A stretch of DNA of 64,000 nucleotides from positions 224,001-288,000 of the forward strand of contig CAWDSK010000006.1 in the NCBI GenBank assembly GCA_963804995.1, written 5' to 3'. Below the pieces are notes generated by a model that ran no database searches, was not told the origin of the DNA, and saw only the letters and a program-made list of their open reading frames with translations. Every line of letters starts with the position of its first letter. Position 1 is the first letter of the stretch. A program made the position numbers and the translations under genes. Shown one piece after another: positions 62,947-64,000 of the stretch. This stretch comes from an uncultured Acidobacteriota bacterium (GTDB taxonomy: Bacteria; Acidobacteriota; Terriglobia; UBA7540).

Positions 62947-63742
62947 TCAAAAGTGCATCTTGATACCGAATTGAATCTGCCGTCCATTTTGACGGGTTGT
63001 ATTCACCTCTCCGAAATTAGGGTCATTGATTAGGCTAAACGGAGCAGCGAAGGTACTTTGGTTCAAGATGTTGAAGAACTCTCCTCGGGACTCCACCGAT
63101 TTGTTCTCTCCGAAAGGCCAGCTCTTTGTGAAGGCAGAATTCCAATTCAGCAGGGGATCGGAGAAGAGAGCGTGCTTGCCCGCATCGCCGGCGGTCCCAT
63201 ACAGAGGCATTTGGTAGGCTGCAGTATTGAACCACTCCGTTGAGGTTCGCTTCGAGATCGCGTTGGGATCACCGACCCAATTGGGGAATTCATCCAGGCG
63301 TCCGACGCCACCGATGTTCTCATTGTCACCTTCGATAAACACGAAATAGGGTGCGCCGCTATCGGCCGCGACATACCCGGATAGTGACCAATTCGCGAGC
63401 GCCGCATTCGCCCATTTGCTTTGAGTCTTGAAGGAAATGCCATAGGTATAGCTCGCGGTGAAGATCTTCTCGATGTCGTACGCCGTGGGCCCCCAAAACT
63501 GGCCGAAGCTAAACCGCGTAGGGTTGGCGTTGTAATTCGGGAAAATCGCCGATGTGGCGTCGCCTATCGAGTCCATGTTATCCAGGGCCTTCTGCCATGC
63601 GAAGGCGACCAGGAAAGTCAAACTATGCGAGGTGCGTTTGTTGAGTTTCACACTCAGGCCATTGTACTTTGAGCTGTTTTCGTGATAGTGGTTCTCGACA
63701 TAAGGGGGGAAATTGGGCCATCGCTACCTATTCTGGTACGGG
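62947..63742 (-). pseudogene. C-terminal fragment of a third TonB-receptor paralog
   Basis: Colinear with the C-termini of copies 1 and 2; in-frame TAG at 63724-63726; 5' part absent. Confidence 0.85.
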
Positions 63743-64000
63743 GCCAAATGACCTCACAAGAAGCGTAGCAGCACCTGATCTGCTGGCCCGGTCTGGTAAT
63801 TCTTCCTTTTCTGGAAACCGAAATACCTTTCGAATTCCCAGGGTTTGAGCTTGAGTTCCATGGCGGTGTTTGGCTGAATTCCTTATCTCGCCTCCTTAGC
63901 CGGTGCCCTCGCCGGTGGAGCCACCTCGGGCTGGTTGGTGCGGCGCGGTGTCGGAACAACAAAAGCTCGTCGTAGAAGCTTTGTCGCAATTCCGGAAGAC

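Overview
GC-rich bacterial chromosomal window. The gene content (Tat-signal sugar isomerases, carboxypeptidase-domain TonB-dependent receptors, CRTAC1/TPR proteins, typA) resembles Acidobacteria; this is an inference. Positions 1-39.7 kb hold mostly core and metabolic genes. They are interrupted by an intact ISKra4-type IS with a 9-bp TSD, an IS110/IS1111-type element next to tRNA-His, a cluster of toxin-antitoxin genes interleaved with GTAG-type REP hairpins, and a non-coding array of seven sigma-28-promoter-like repeats. Downstream of tRNA-fMet (39.7 kb) lies a decayed island: VapBC, a tyrosine integrase, BREX brxB/brxC pseudogenes, and an IS5 nested in a dead transposase. It is followed by an inverted-duplicated TonB-receptor locus. 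Highlights: (1) the IS1111 element carries both target-matching guide segments in a stem-loop inside the last codons of its transposase, plus a separate 214-nt closed RNA-like structure; (2) the seven-unit GCCGATAA promoter-like array; (3) TA gene fragments that end exactly at REP boundaries. All calls were made by eye, with no database searches.
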